Virus record (IMG/VR): IMGVR_UViG_3300032301_000597
Span: 1 to 33,977 of that record
Length of the DNA: 33,977 bases
Reading direction: 5' to 3' (one strand)
Origin: a virus
Taxonomy: Duplodnaviria > Caudoviricetes
Part shown: positions 19,468-29,504 of the stretch, in pieces
Layout of the letters: the number at the start of each line of letters is the position of its first letter
Numbering within the stretch: the stretch's first letter is position 1
Made by a program: the position numbers and the translations under genes
The notes under the pieces: model-generated
The model's database searches: none
Told to the model about the DNA's origin: nothing
Seen by the model: the letters and a program-made list of their open reading frames with translations, nothing else

Positions 19468-19808
19468 TGGAACATGAACCTCATGTGCACCGTGTTCAGG
19501 GCACCATTAGGCCACTCCGAGACAAAGTGTTGGTGACAAACATGGAGCACGGAGACCAAAAGCTAGCATCTGGTCTGATTATTCCGGATGATAATGGAAA
19601 GACACATGGAATTAGGCCCAGATGGGCCACTGTGTACGCAGTGGGCGCAGAAGTTGATTATGTGAAGCCTGGTGACCGGGTGTTGGTGAGCCATGGTCGG
19701 TGGACCAGAGGCTTCCAGGTAGAGACTGCACATAGTGTGCTACAAACTGTGCGCATGGTGGAATCAGATGCCATAATGCTGGTACAGGATGCAGATTCAC
19801 CTGCTTGA
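19467..19808 (+). CDS. groES: Co-chaperonin GroES-like protein
   Basis: IRPLRDKVLV...SGLIIPD...ATVYAVG...VKPGDRVL Cpn10 signature. No GroEL adjacent, as expected for a phage capsid co-chaperonin. Confidence 0.85.
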   Translation: MEHEPHVHRVQGTIRPLRDKVLVTNMEHGDQKLASGLIIPDDNGKTHGIRPRWATVYAVGAEVDYVKPGDRVLVSHGRWTRGFQVETAHSVLQTVRMVESDAIMLVQDADSPA

Positions 19809-19832
19809 CATATTTGTGTGATCCTGTAAACT
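19805..19832 (+). promoter_or_regulatory. Sigma70-like early promoter for the clamp-loader locus
   Basis: TTGACA (19805-19810), 16-nt spacer, TAAACT (19827-19832). AGGAG RBS precedes ATG 19856. Confidence 0.55.
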
Positions 19833-19855
19833 CTATTTGTGCATAGGAGTCACAC

Positions 19856-20101
19856 ATGAGTAAGAATGATTTATGGACGGAACGTCACAGGCCCAAGACT
19901 TTGGCTGATTACGTTTGGAGCAGTGCAGACCAACAGCAGCAGGTGCAAGCCTGGGTCAAAGAGGGTAAGATCGGGCATTTGCTATTGGTGGGAAGCCCAG
20001 GTGTGGGTAAATGTTTGGGACCCAACGAGCGTATTAAAATTAGGATCAATCTGGATACCCTGCCATTACAAATTAAACAACGACTAGCTCAGTTTATTTG
20101 A
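19856..20101 (+). CDS. Clamp loader ATPase (RFC small subunit/T4 gp44-like) N-extein (52 aa) fused to a 29-aa split-intein N-fragment
   Basis: LWTERHRPKTLADYV (RFC box II) and HLLLVGSPGVGK (Walker A lacking its T), followed immediately by CLGPNERIKIR (intein block A, Cys1 at 20012) and a stop. Confidence 0.9.
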   Translation: MSKNDLWTERHRPKTLADYVWSSADQQQQVQAWVKEGKIGHLLLVGSPGVGKCLGPNERIKIRINLDTLPLQIKQRLAQFI

Positions 20102-20104
20102 TCC

Positions 20105-20149
20105 TCATTTACTCCTTGTTACTAAATATACCCAACAAGGAGTAAATGA
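20105..20149 (+). promoter_or_regulatory. Perfect 16-bp hairpin sequestering the RBS and ATG of the endonuclease, with TAAATA in the loop
   Basis: TCATTTACTCCTTGTT (20105-20120) / AACAAGGAGTAAATGA (20134-20149). 13-nt loop ACTAAATATACCC. Confidence 0.85.
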
Positions 20150-21618
20150 TGCTACGTAAAACTGCCCAACAAAGGACATACGAGTTCACACACAAATCCT
20201 GTGTGAAAAACCACTCTCCATCCATAGGGATTCTCACTCCGGATCAAACTAAAGAATTGGAACGATTCTGGTCTATGTGGTTAGCCAACAACCCTAAAAA
20301 AGAGACCACAGATGGATTATACGGTACGTTGTGCAAGTTTATGTTGGGTGGACAGTTGAACTTTTATGATAGATACTGCGAGTTACAGAGTTTAAAAACT
20401 CACAGTCTACAACACACCCAAATTCTATGGGGTAATTTGTGGCAACAAAAATGGAATGAGATGACGCTCTCACGTAGTGGTCCAAAGAAAACTACTATGC
20501 AAAAATCTCTTGATTTTTTTAATCGTAAACAGGTTAAGGGTAAACTGAATCATATTGTGATTACAGACACGATTAAGTCAGAAGTAAAATCCTTGATAGA
20601 AACTTTTTCACCTCACGTGATTAATGATAATATAAATTTAATTGTGGATTTTGTGATTTATTTTCAACCCAACTTTGTTCAGCGACTCACCCAATGCAGT
20701 GATAATAATAGTACCAGTATGGCATATCTTAACGCTAGATATGGCGGAAATTTAAAGGTTATTAAAGAGTTACAAGAACATCGAAAATATCAAGCCAAGA
20801 CCAACCTACCCAATACACTGGAATATTGGTTAATCAGGAATCACTCTCTGGAAGAGTCTGTGAGACTGAGAAATACACATCAAATACAACTTAACAAGCG
20901 AGCAGTCCTTGTCCTTAAAGAAAATCCACACAAATGTCATTTCACTGTGGACTACTGGCTTGCAAAAGGATTGACTCTAGATGAGGCTACTTCAGTATTA
21001 GGACAACAAAACACTCGAAATCTAGATTATTTCATCTCCAAATATGGAGAAGATTCTGGAATATTGAAATTCCATACGATGATCTCCGAGAGGACTATAT
21101 CCTTCCAGAATAAACCTCAATCAGAAAAAAATCGTATTAATAAATCAAAGGGCAAGACTCTTGAACAATTGGCATCCAGACATGGTTGGGAAAAAGCATG
21201 TCAAATTATAGCATCTCGAACCTCAATCAACGGTAGAGTAAGCCGTGAATCCATGGACTTTTTTCAAGAGTTGGATGAAATGTTGGGGTCACGTGCTGAC
21301 CACTCTATTACAGGGTACAAGGGTAAGGAAAGATGGATAAAAGTCAACCACAACGTTTATTTTGTGGATTATTATCTCAATGGAAAAGTTATAGAATATT
21401 TGGGCAGTTTTTGGCATGCTGATAATAGACTGTTTGAAGCGCATGAGCCACACCCAGTCAAGCTAGTTAATGCAAATGAAATTTGGAATATAGATACAAT
21501 AAGGTTTGACGGTATCAAATCGCAAGGCTATAGTCTACATACTGTATGGAGCATGGACGCTCTTCAGTACAGAAAACATGCCTTAGATGAGGCGGCTAAA
21601 TTTTTATTGGGAAATTGA
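20146..21618 (+). mobile_element. Free-standing putative homing endonuclease with C-terminal Vsr-like (EDxHD-type) nuclease domain
   Basis: 490 aa. Repeated YW...G/H.(S/T)L(E/D)E and KYG/RHG/RYG helical modules. C-terminal E...YFVDY...KVIEYLGSFWHAD...IWNID......GYSLHTVW. Lies between the two intein halves. Confidence 0.75.
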
Positions 21619-21620
21619 TC

Positions 21621-22796
21621 ATGAATTATATGGAAATCGAATTATCCATGGTGGATTTGTTCCACGTATTGGGTGCACAATCTATTGATTATGAGTTAGC
21701 ATTTGATATTAATGATTTGGATATTCATGTTCAAAGCCCCACTGGTTGGCAGCCCATTCAAGCTCTTGTAAGAAAACATGTGGAGGGCAGTACGTATTAT
21801 TTGAGTGATGATACATCAATCACATGTGCTAATCAACATTTGGTGTTTGAACATGGAGTGTGTAAGCCTATTCAAACATGTAACTATGTGGACACTATGG
21901 CAGGTCTCAACCAAATTGTGGGATCCGAACTGCATGGACTCATGGATTTGTATGACATTGCGCTGCCTCCCCCACACAAGTATGTTTGTTCAAAAGGTAT
22001 AATTCATCATAATACAAGTTTGGCATTCATGCTCATGGATCTGTTGCATGTGGACAAGGGCGACATCAAGTTTGTGAATGGTTGTGTGGACAACGGTATT
22101 GATGTGGTGCGTGATCTGGAAAACTTTGTGAGCACCATGCCCATGGGTGAGTACAGGTATGTGATCATCGACGAGTTTGATTACTTTAGCCCGAATGGTC
22201 AAGCTGGTCTCAAGAACATGATGGAAACATACTCAGCAGGTGCCAGGTTCATCTTTACTGCCAACCTGAGCCACAAAATTATTCCTCCAATCAAAAGCCG
22301 TTGCCAGTCATTCGAAATTCAGAGTGTGGACAGACAACTGTATTTTGAGCGTATTGCCACAATCTTGGTGGAAGAAGGTGTCATGCTGGATGAGAACAAT
22401 CTGGCAGTGTTGGATGATTATGTGGATGTGGCATACCCAGATCTACGCAAGTGCATCAACATGTTACAACAAAACTGTGTGAATGGTGAACTCAAGCGCC
22501 CTGGTGGTGACACTGTGGCTGGTAACTCAGAATACATGGTGCAGGCTGTAAGCTTGTTCAAGGAGGGCAGGATCACAGATGCACGCAAGCTGATTTCAGG
22601 TAAGGTGCAACCCAACGAGTATGAAGAGTTCTACAAGCTGCTGTATCGCAACCTGGATTGGTGGGGCACCACAGAAAAGCAGCAGAATGCAGCCATTGTG
22701 ATCATTGCCAACAGGCTGCGAGATCATTCCATTGCAGCTGACCCTGAGATCAATATGTCGGCATGTTTAGTAGAGCTCTCTATGGTGGCTGAATAA
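21621..22796 (+). CDS. Split-intein C-fragment (~131 aa) fused to clamp loader ATPase C-extein (260 aa)
   Basis: VQSPTGW.PI, ITCANQHLVF (block B His), LYDIAL...H.Y...GIIHHN (blocks F/G, Asn at 22011-22013), then +1 Thr. Extein carries NGIDVVR, VIIDEFD (Walker B), SRC (arginine finger) and PDLRKCIN. Start ATG 21621 (or TTG 21615). Confidence 0.9.
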   Translation: MNYMEIELSMVDLFHVLGAQSIDYELAFDINDLDIHVQSPTGWQPIQALVRKHVEGSTYYLSDDTSITCANQHLVFEHGVCKPIQTCNYVDTMAGLNQIVGSELHGLMDLYDIALPPPHKYVCSKGIIHHNTSLAFMLMDLLHVDKGDIKFVNGCVDNGIDVVRDLENFVSTMPMGEYRYVIIDEFDYFSPNGQAGLKNMMETYSAGARFIFTANLSHKIIPPIKSRCQSFEIQSVDRQLYFERIATILVEEGVMLDENNLAVLDDYVDVAYPDLRKCINMLQQNCVNGELKRPGGDTVAGNSEYMVQAVSLFKEGRITDARKLISGKVQPNEYEEFYKLLYRNLDWWGTTEKQQNAAIVIIANRLRDHSIAADPEINMSACLVELSMVAE

Positions 22797-23396
22797 ATGC
22801 ACAAGCCCAATTTACTTCTGGATGTGGATGGTGTGCTGTTGAATTGGTTGGCAGGATTTGAAGAATTCCTGCTCACCCATGCACCTCACTTGCACAAAGA
22901 CTTCTCTGGTTTGGAAGAGGCTCCTGACCTGGAACTACTGTTAGGCTTAACAACATCACAGATGGATGAATGGGTGGCAAGATTCCACATGCATGAGGAT
23001 TTTGTCAGGCTACAAGCACTACCTGGTGCTCCCCAAGCCATACGCATCCTGGCTCCCTGGTGTAATATGAGTTGTATTACTGCAAGTGGCAGTAACCTGA
23101 TCAGTAAGCATGCCCGGCACACCAATCTTAAAAACATATTCGGGGATGTGTTTGAGCAGATCATATGTGTGGACAGAAGTATGGACAAACCTGAACACTT
23201 GGGTAGGTTTGAACCTGGATACTGGGTGGAAGACCAACCCAAAAACACTCTCATGGGTGTCTCAGCTGGCCATGAAAGTTTTCTCATGGATGCTTTATAT
23301 AACAGAAGATTTCATCATGCACAAGTGCGCAGAGTGGTCAACATGCTGGAAGTGGCGGAGATCATCCTCTCACAATTACATTCCAAAGCCCTGTGA
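22797..23396 (+). CDS. HAD-superfamily hydrolase (5'-nucleotidase/phosphatase-like)
   Basis: LLLDVDGVL motif I, ITA motif II, K...WVEDQPKN motifs III/IV. Confidence 0.8.
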   Translation: MHKPNLLLDVDGVLLNWLAGFEEFLLTHAPHLHKDFSGLEEAPDLELLLGLTTSQMDEWVARFHMHEDFVRLQALPGAPQAIRILAPWCNMSCITASGSNLISKHARHTNLKNIFGDVFEQIICVDRSMDKPEHLGRFEPGYWVEDQPKNTLMGVSAGHESFLMDALYNRRFHHAQVRRVVNMLEVAEIILSQLHSKAL

Positions 23397-23787
23397 AGGG
23401 CACAAAGCTGGTCAACGTGATCTGGACTTGTGTGCTGTTGAGTAGTGTGACTTGATCAGGGTTGATCACATTGTCCAAGTTATCACTCACCTGCACCAGC
23501 ACTATCTTATTACCCAAGTTGTGAGTTACCACTATCACACCACCACTCACTTCACTGTTGATGAAACTTTTACGATAAATTTTACTTGTGGTCACAATCA
23601 CTACAGGGGTTGTTGCACCATCCAACACTGTGGGGGGACTGGTAATATCACCCACTAACTGAATACTTTTGCCCTGCAATGCTTCGATTTCAGTTTTAAT
23701 TATTGTGAAATTGTCCCTGAATCCTTTGCTGGATTGATCTATACCAGGTAATGGAAAGTTGGGATTCACTCTTGAATTGATTGCCAT
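23362..23787 (-). CDS. Virion structural protein
   Basis: 141 aa. N-terminal NFP..G.DQ.S.GFRDNF..IK.EI..LQ motif shared with the upstream gene, plus a C-terminal THNLG module. Confidence 0.65.
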   Translation of the reverse strand: MAINSRVNPNFPLPGIDQSSKGFRDNFTIIKTEIEALQGKSIQLVGDITSPPTVLDGATTPVVIVTTSKIYRKSFINSEVSGGVIVVTHNLGNKIVLVQVSDNLDNVINPDQVTLLNSTQVQITLTSFVPFTGLWNVIVRG

Positions 23788-23790
23788 GTG

Positions 23791-25629
23791 TTATCCTATT
23801 ATGTGCCATCTGGTGTTAAACCATATGGTGGCGTACCCGTAATTTGTTGATATCACCAAAGTGCTTTGACCATCTATTGTGATGCCAGAACTGGGAATAA
23901 CCACAATACTTTGGGTGCTGGCTGTGCCTCTTTCGTCCTTGATGATCACAGTCTGATTTGTGGTGGGTGCGGCCAAGTTTATCACAACACTGCCTGCAAA
24001 TGTGACACCCAAATATTGTTCTGTGCCTGTGGCAGTGTATGTGCCCACATTGACCACTGTGCGAGATGTGGGACTGCTGGTTCCAGGAGTGCCTGATATA
24101 CCTGATATTCCTGATGTGCCTGAGAATCCACTTGTGCCTGGCGGTCCACCAGCTTGTCCACTCACACCACTGTGTCCACTCACACCACTAAACCCGCTCA
24201 CGCCACTGTATCCACTCACACCGCTGAATCCACTAAGTCCCGGTGTGCCGCTATACCCACTAATGCCCGAACCAGGTTGGCCACTTATACCTGATGCTCC
24301 ACTTGTGCCTGAAAATCCACTAATACCGTCTGCACCTGTGGGTCCACCAAAGTCCCCTTTTTCACCACTAACACCAGAGGATCCAGAGTAACCACTTGTT
24401 CCGCTTTCACCACTTGTGCCAGACACACCAGAATATCCGCTGGTTCCCATTTGCCCACTTGTACCACTTGTGCCACTAAGACCACTTGTGCCGCTTTGTC
24501 CACTTATACCTGAGGAGCCACTGGTACCACTTGTTCCCCACATACCGCTCAATCCGCTAACACCACTATACCCACTAACTCCAGAAAACCCACTAACGCC
24601 TGTGGGTCCAAAGCCACCAGGTGCACCAGGTAACCCGGGACTACCTGGTGGGCCAGGCACTGTGCTGGCATTTCCTGGGGGGCCTGCTGGTCCTGTTGCA
24701 CCTATAGGACCTTGAACTGTACTGGCTGGTCCAGCAACACCTGTAGGACCAGTAGCACCCCTAGGTCCTGGAACACCTTGTGCGCCTGTGTTAGTAGCAG
24801 TACCTGGAACCCCTTGACTACCTGTGGGACCTATAGTCCCAGTGGGCCCTCTAATACCTGTATGACCTGTAGCCCCCAAGGCACCTGTAGCACCTGTAGC
24901 TGCTGTGCCTGCCGCCCCTGTTACACCTGGGATACCCTGTGCACCTGTGGGTCCTCGGGGCCCTGTGTCGCCCTTGGCCACTGCTGTGCCAGGTATACCT
25001 TGTGCACCTGTGGGTCCTGTCCAGCCTTGTAATCCTCGGTCTCCTGTGGCTCCTCGTAGCCCTGTTGCCCCTGTGTTGGTGGCTGTGCCTGCTGGACCTG
25101 TTACGCCTGTGGCTCCTGTGGGACCCAATGGTCCTGCAACTGTGCTGGGCGCACCTGTAGACCCAGCTGGACCTGTTGCACCTGTGTTACTGGCTATGCC
25201 AGGAAATCCTCTGGGTCCTGTGGGGCCTGTGGGTCCCTGTGCACCTGTGTTGGTACTTGCACCTGATCGACCTGTGGGACCAGTTATGCCAGTTGGGCCT
25301 GTGTCACCAGTTGGACCTAGTGGTCCACCAGAGGGACCTGTGGGACCCTCAGGGCCAGGAGGGCCACCGGCTGGCCCAGTAACACCTGCAGGGCCTGTTG
25401 CACCTGTTCCAGCTGGGCCTGTAGGACCTGTGGGGCCCGTTTGACCTGTGGGGCCAGTAATACCAGGTATACCACTTACTGTGTCCTGTAGCAGGCTGAT
25501 CTCTTGAGTGGCAATGTCCAGATTGTTTTTGATGTTTCCAAAGTTGTCTCTTAACCCTTGGCTGGGGTTATTTGAGTTCTCTAAGGGGAACATGGGATTC
25601 AGGCCCGAGGTGTCTATATTACTGGTCAT
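23791..25629 (-). CDS. Collagen-like fibre protein (G-P-T and S-G-X triplets)
   Basis: 612 aa. About 460 residues of Gly-X-Y repeats. N-terminal [10 protein letters not shown] motif. C-terminal IKDE.G.A....I.......IDG..T..I..NYG cap domain. TAAATA at 25657-25662 (minus strand). Confidence 0.8.
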   Translation of the reverse strand: MTSNIDTSGLNPMFPLENSNNPSQGLRDNFGNIKNNLDIATQEISLLQDTVSGIPGITGPTGQTGPTGPTGPAGTGATGPAGVTGPAGGPPGPEGPTGPSGGPLGPTGDTGPTGITGPTGRSGASTNTGAQGPTGPTGPRGFPGIASNTGATGPAGSTGAPSTVAGPLGPTGATGVTGPAGTATNTGATGLRGATGDRGLQGWTGPTGAQGIPGTAVAKGDTGPRGPTGAQGIPGVTGAAGTAATGATGALGATGHTGIRGPTGTIGPTGSQGVPGTATNTGAQGVPGPRGATGPTGVAGPASTVQGPIGATGPAGPPGNASTVPGPPGSPGLPGAPGGFGPTGVSGFSGVSGYSGVSGLSGMWGTSGTSGSSGISGQSGTSGLSGTSGTSGQMGTSGYSGVSGTSGESGTSGYSGSSGVSGEKGDFGGPTGADGISGFSGTSGASGISGQPGSGISGYSGTPGLSGFSGVSGYSGVSGFSGVSGHSGVSGQAGGPPGTSGFSGTSGISGISGTPGTSSPTSRTVVNVGTYTATGTEQYLGVTFAGSVVINLAAPTTNQTVIIKDERGTASTQSIVVIPSSGITIDGQSTLVISTNYGYATIWFNTRWHIIG

Positions 25630-25671
25630 GGGTCACAATTCTTATGTTTGATGTATTATTTATCATTCGAA

Positions 25672-28600
25672 TTATTGATGCGTGCCCATGAACCACACAT
25701 AGCTTGCTTTCCAACGACTTTCGTAGGTGGGTATCCTTTGATCAAACGTGGTGGAATACCAATCAAACAATGTGTGATCCTGATCAAACACAGTCTGACT
25801 GAGTACAGGGTATGCAGTTCTGGGACGCCTGTCAAATGTGGTCACTTGTGAATCCCACACCAGTTCATTCTGATCCCATATGGTTTCAATTGCAGGTGTA
25901 GTTTCTACAAATCTGGTGCCATTTGCGTCACAAGTGAACCCATCTGAATCAAATCTGGTTTTCCCCTGCCAGATCACGCCCTGCAAGTCTGCTTGCACTT
26001 GTTTGACAGGAATTTGTGACCCTTTATACGGATTGGGTAAACGTTCCACATCCAGAATTACAGGTTTGATCACAAAGGCCAAACACATATTAAGATCAAA
26101 TTGGTCAATGAAACATGACCTAACTGGATCCCATTCCTGTCCTGAGAAATCTATGCGATCTGCAGGTGCATAACCAGAACCTGGATTTATAATGCTAACT
26201 TGTACTACTCCCACACTGAGTTTGAGTTTTACAATGGCAGATCCCAATTGGATTTGTATGGGTTCCTCAGGCACTTGTGTATACACACCTGCAAAGAGTA
26301 CATTTATCTTTGTGGCTTGGTTATATTGGTTTACCTCTGCCACTTGTAATTGGGCACTGGTGCCATTGCCAAGGTCCAGATCAAACTGCAATAATTGTGG
26401 GACATCTATGGTGCTTTCTACAACTTCCGCTTTGAGTATGCCCACAAATGCTTGAAGTTGAGCGCCTGAGCCTGTTTGTGTAAGTATTTGCACAGGCGGA
26501 GCATGAAAATATGATGTGCCTGGTGCAGTCATGGTCACACTGAAACATGCCCCTGTGTTTGCTGTTATCTCAAATACAGCTTGAGCGCCTGTGCCCCAGC
26601 TGTTGCTCCAGGGCAGATTTTGTGTGAGCACTCTGCGCATGTTAACCACACAACTGGGCCAATATGTGTTGTTTCCTTGTGCAGCACTCACACGCTGCCA
26701 GGAAGCTTGGTTGTCTGTGACTATGGTCTGTCCATGTGCAACATGGGGCCATGCGCCGCCTGATCTACCTGCTTGTATATTAACATATGTGGATCCATAT
26801 GTGCTTATGGTTTCTCCCCTCACATAAGCATGATATGGATACCAAGGTAGTGGCGCAGTCCGGCTAGTGCTCAAGTTGGGACTGCTCAACAACTGCCAAG
26901 TGATCTGATTATCTGTTACTGTTGTGGTATTAAATTTAGGAGCATTAGCACCACTCTTACCAGCAACTGTGGCTTGATATTGAGCACCAGAATGTGTGCT
27001 AACTCTGGCATTAACTGCATAGAATGTATTGGGAGACCACAAAGGTGCGCCAACTGCATCTCTCACTTGGGCATCCAGTGTGCTGAAAGGGATTGCAGGC
27101 AGTGTGGTTTGCTGCAATTTATTAAAGTTCATTACCCATTCATGCATATAGTTGGAAATCAAATTACGGAACTCAGTCACACCACATGCTTTTAATCCGC
27201 TAATTATTGTCACAACAGGTTTACTATTGCGGCCCCATACAGGTTCATTTAGCAGGAACAAATCCCGGTCTGGTATAAGGCTGTTGTTATTGTCCACCAA
27301 TATTTGGTTCTTGAAGTCACCCCACACAGGCATGTACAGTGACCAATAAGTACCCAAGTTGGCACATGTGACTGTGACCTGAAACATACGTTGTATGCGG
27401 TTCACACCATCATTTGACTGTATTTCAAAGTAATATGTTTTGTTTTCACCGTGGTATTCCACAAAGCCTTGTAGCTGACCATTCTGGTTGTTTAGTGTTA
27501 GACCTTCTGGCAGCATGCCACCACACCAACCATATGTGATCGCCGCGCCTGGAAGGGGGCTTTGTGATTGTACACCCAAATAACTGATCACACCATCCGA
27601 TATTGTACCCAAGTCTGGACCTGTGATCCATGCCAGTGTGGATGATTGTTGAGTGACCAAAATACTAAATGTTTGTGAATTTGTATGGATTTGATCTGTC
27701 ACACTCACATCAAATGTGAATGTGGTGTCTTGTGTTACAACAGGGGCTTGTCCACTTAGTTCCCCAATGATACTCAACTGCATCCAGGAGGGTAAATTGA
27801 GGCTGCTCCATGTGATCAGTGTTTGATCCGGGTCTTGAACTTGCAAGTCATATGCAAACAATTGTTCAGGTAACAAAGTGAGTAACTGACCTGGTGGTGT
27901 AAGCCAGATGGGGGCTGCTTCACGACTGACCAGTTGGATTTCAAATGTGCGTAAAATATCAGATGTGCCCACGGTGGCCATACACGCCAAACTCAAAGAG
28001 ACCTCAGTGTTTGTGGGCACCTGGTTCCACACCAGTGATTGACCTTGATATGCCCAGTAACAACTGTTGTCTAGTATATTATTACCTTGGCCAGTTGGAC
28101 CTTCACCTGGATTTGCACTACTTTCACCAGATATTATACACACGTAGATTTTACCTGCATCGTTTGTGACCACACTGTTCAGGTTGTAAATCCTCTGTGG
28201 TTGCCAAGCAGCATACGCACTGTCCACCACATTTGAGCCTGATAGCAGAGGACCTTGGGTTGAATTGCTGGTGCCAGATATCACACACACATACAACTGA
28301 TTATTGTGGTACACATAGTCTACATCCTGTGTGTAAGCAGTTAGTGGCTTCCATGCCACATTCAGGCTGAATACACCACTGTTGGCTACAAGTGTGATGC
28401 CCTGTGTGAGACTGGCTAAATTGGTACATGTGTATGTGATGGGCTGCCTGGGTTCAGATCTGGCTTGTATCTGAACAGATTGTGTTTGATCATCATACAC
28501 ATACAGCAGTGGGGTCAGATTGGGTGTCACCCATTCAAACACACTGTATTCTTGAATGAGTGCTATTTTGAATGTGCGATCTGCCACATATGTGCCATTG

Positions 28601-28869
28601 CTAACTCGGAAAGTGAATTCATACAGGGAGATAAAGCTAGTAACTTCACTACCAGGACTATCCAGAAAAGGCAGTACACCTGTTAGTGTGATCACATATG
28701 CGTTTTGTGTGAATGTGATGCCTGGGGGTAGTGTGCCATTTAATAGTTGAGCAGTGCAGCTCAGCTGGTCGCTTTCCCCAAACACCAGTTGTATAGGGTC
28801 TAGAGTAAGACTGCTTCCTGCCGTTTTGGTGCCCAAAAGGTTGGAAGTAACCCAGAAAGGATAACCCAT
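25672..28869 (-). CDS. Large virion protein with putative Ig-like (He_PIG-type) repeats and carbohydrate-binding-type repeats
   Basis: 1065 aa. Repeated W.T...LG, G.LP.G..L...G.L.G, Y.F.....DG...R.F modules and W.P...Y.....V repeats. TAAATA at 28901-28906 (minus strand). Confidence 0.7.
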   Translation of the reverse strand: MGYPFWVTSNLLGTKTAGSSLTLDPIQLVFGESDQLSCTAQLLNGTLPPGITFTQNAYVITLTGVLPFLDSPGSEVTSFISLYEFTFRVSNGTYVADRTFKIALIQEYSVFEWVTPNLTPLLYVYDDQTQSVQIQARSEPRQPITYTCTNLASLTQGITLVANSGVFSLNVAWKPLTAYTQDVDYVYHNNQLYVCVISGTSNSTQGPLLSGSNVVDSAYAAWQPQRIYNLNSVVTNDAGKIYVCIISGESSANPGEGPTGQGNNILDNSCYWAYQGQSLVWNQVPTNTEVSLSLACMATVGTSDILRTFEIQLVSREAAPIWLTPPGQLLTLLPEQLFAYDLQVQDPDQTLITWSSLNLPSWMQLSIIGELSGQAPVVTQDTTFTFDVSVTDQIHTNSQTFSILVTQQSSTLAWITGPDLGTISDGVISYLGVQSQSPLPGAAITYGWCGGMLPEGLTLNNQNGQLQGFVEYHGENKTYYFEIQSNDGVNRIQRMFQVTVTCANLGTYWSLYMPVWGDFKNQILVDNNNSLIPDRDLFLLNEPVWGRNSKPVVTIISGLKACGVTEFRNLISNYMHEWVMNFNKLQQTTLPAIPFSTLDAQVRDAVGAPLWSPNTFYAVNARVSTHSGAQYQATVAGKSGANAPKFNTTTVTDNQITWQLLSSPNLSTSRTAPLPWYPYHAYVRGETISTYGSTYVNIQAGRSGGAWPHVAHGQTIVTDNQASWQRVSAAQGNNTYWPSCVVNMRRVLTQNLPWSNSWGTGAQAVFEITANTGACFSVTMTAPGTSYFHAPPVQILTQTGSGAQLQAFVGILKAEVVESTIDVPQLLQFDLDLGNGTSAQLQVAEVNQYNQATKINVLFAGVYTQVPEEPIQIQLGSAIVKLKLSVGVVQVSIINPGSGYAPADRIDFSGQEWDPVRSCFIDQFDLNMCLAFVIKPVILDVERLPNPYKGSQIPVKQVQADLQGVIWQGKTRFDSDGFTCDANGTRFVETTPAIETIWDQNELVWDSQVTTFDRRPRTAYPVLSQTVFDQDHTLFDWYSTTFDQRIPTYESRWKASYVWFMGTHQ

Positions 28870-28920
28870 GATTATATTCGCTCACTTGATGTGTTGCGGA
28901 TATTTAGGTCATACACTGAC

Positions 28921-29502
28921 TCAAGGGGGTAGCAGCACCACTTGTTTGATGTAGTCTATTTTCTCAGGGTAACTGAGTTGGATCATTTGCACATCACCCA
29001 CATCAGAACTATAAACTCGGGGCCACCAATGTGTCCCTTTGAGCTGTGATTGTGCTGCATCTGCCAATACACCTTGCAACCATGTGTACACAGTATGGTG
29101 TCTATCATATTTGAAATAAATCACATGGCTATATTTCTTCCAGATCAGTTGAGCACGGACTTCAGTTATGTTACGCACCTCCAGATTCTGAAAGTGTTCT
29201 TGGTTCAGGGGTTGCCAAACTTGAAACACTTGAGCACCGAACTCTTGCACTATAGCATTTTTCACTGACTCTGTTTGCACATAAACCAATTGGTGCCAAT
29301 CACTGGTATTATTGTCACTGGTTTGAAAACGCCTGAGAATCTTGTGAGCACCAGGCGCATGCTGTTCACACCATTCAGTCACCTCAGAAAATTCTATAGG
29401 ATCAGGTTTGCGCCACCATCTGCAACCTTGCATGGTGGTTCGTAACACCACTTTGTATGCATATTTGCAATAAAACAATTTACTGGAATAATTGATGTTC
29501 AT
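28921..29502 (-). CDS. Hypothetical phage protein (~193 aa)
   Basis: Likely start ATG 29502 just after the iscA stop. Internal duplication (KLFY.KY.YKV / LIW.KY.HVI). Confidence 0.6.
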   Translation of the reverse strand: MNINYSSKLFYCKYAYKVVLRTTMQGCRWWRKPDPIEFSEVTEWCEQHAPGAHKILRRFQTSDNNTSDWHQLVYVQTESVKNAIVQEFGAQVFQVWQPLNQEHFQNLEVRNITEVRAQLIWKKYSHVIYFKYDRHHTVYTWLQGVLADAAQSQLKGTHWWPRVYSSDVGDVQMIQLSYPEKIDYIKQVVLLPP

Positions 29503-29504
29503 GT

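Noticed and set aside
20102-21620. Group I intron interrupting the clamp loader
   Set aside because: Only 44 nt and 2 nt of non-coding DNA flank the endonuclease ORF, leaving no room for a ribozyme core. Intein motifs explain the split.
23960-25444. Pro-rich plus-strand ORFs (and similar minus-strand ORFs at 2682-3581 and 33213-33977)
   Set aside because: Antisense shadows of Gly-rich and collagen repeat genes.
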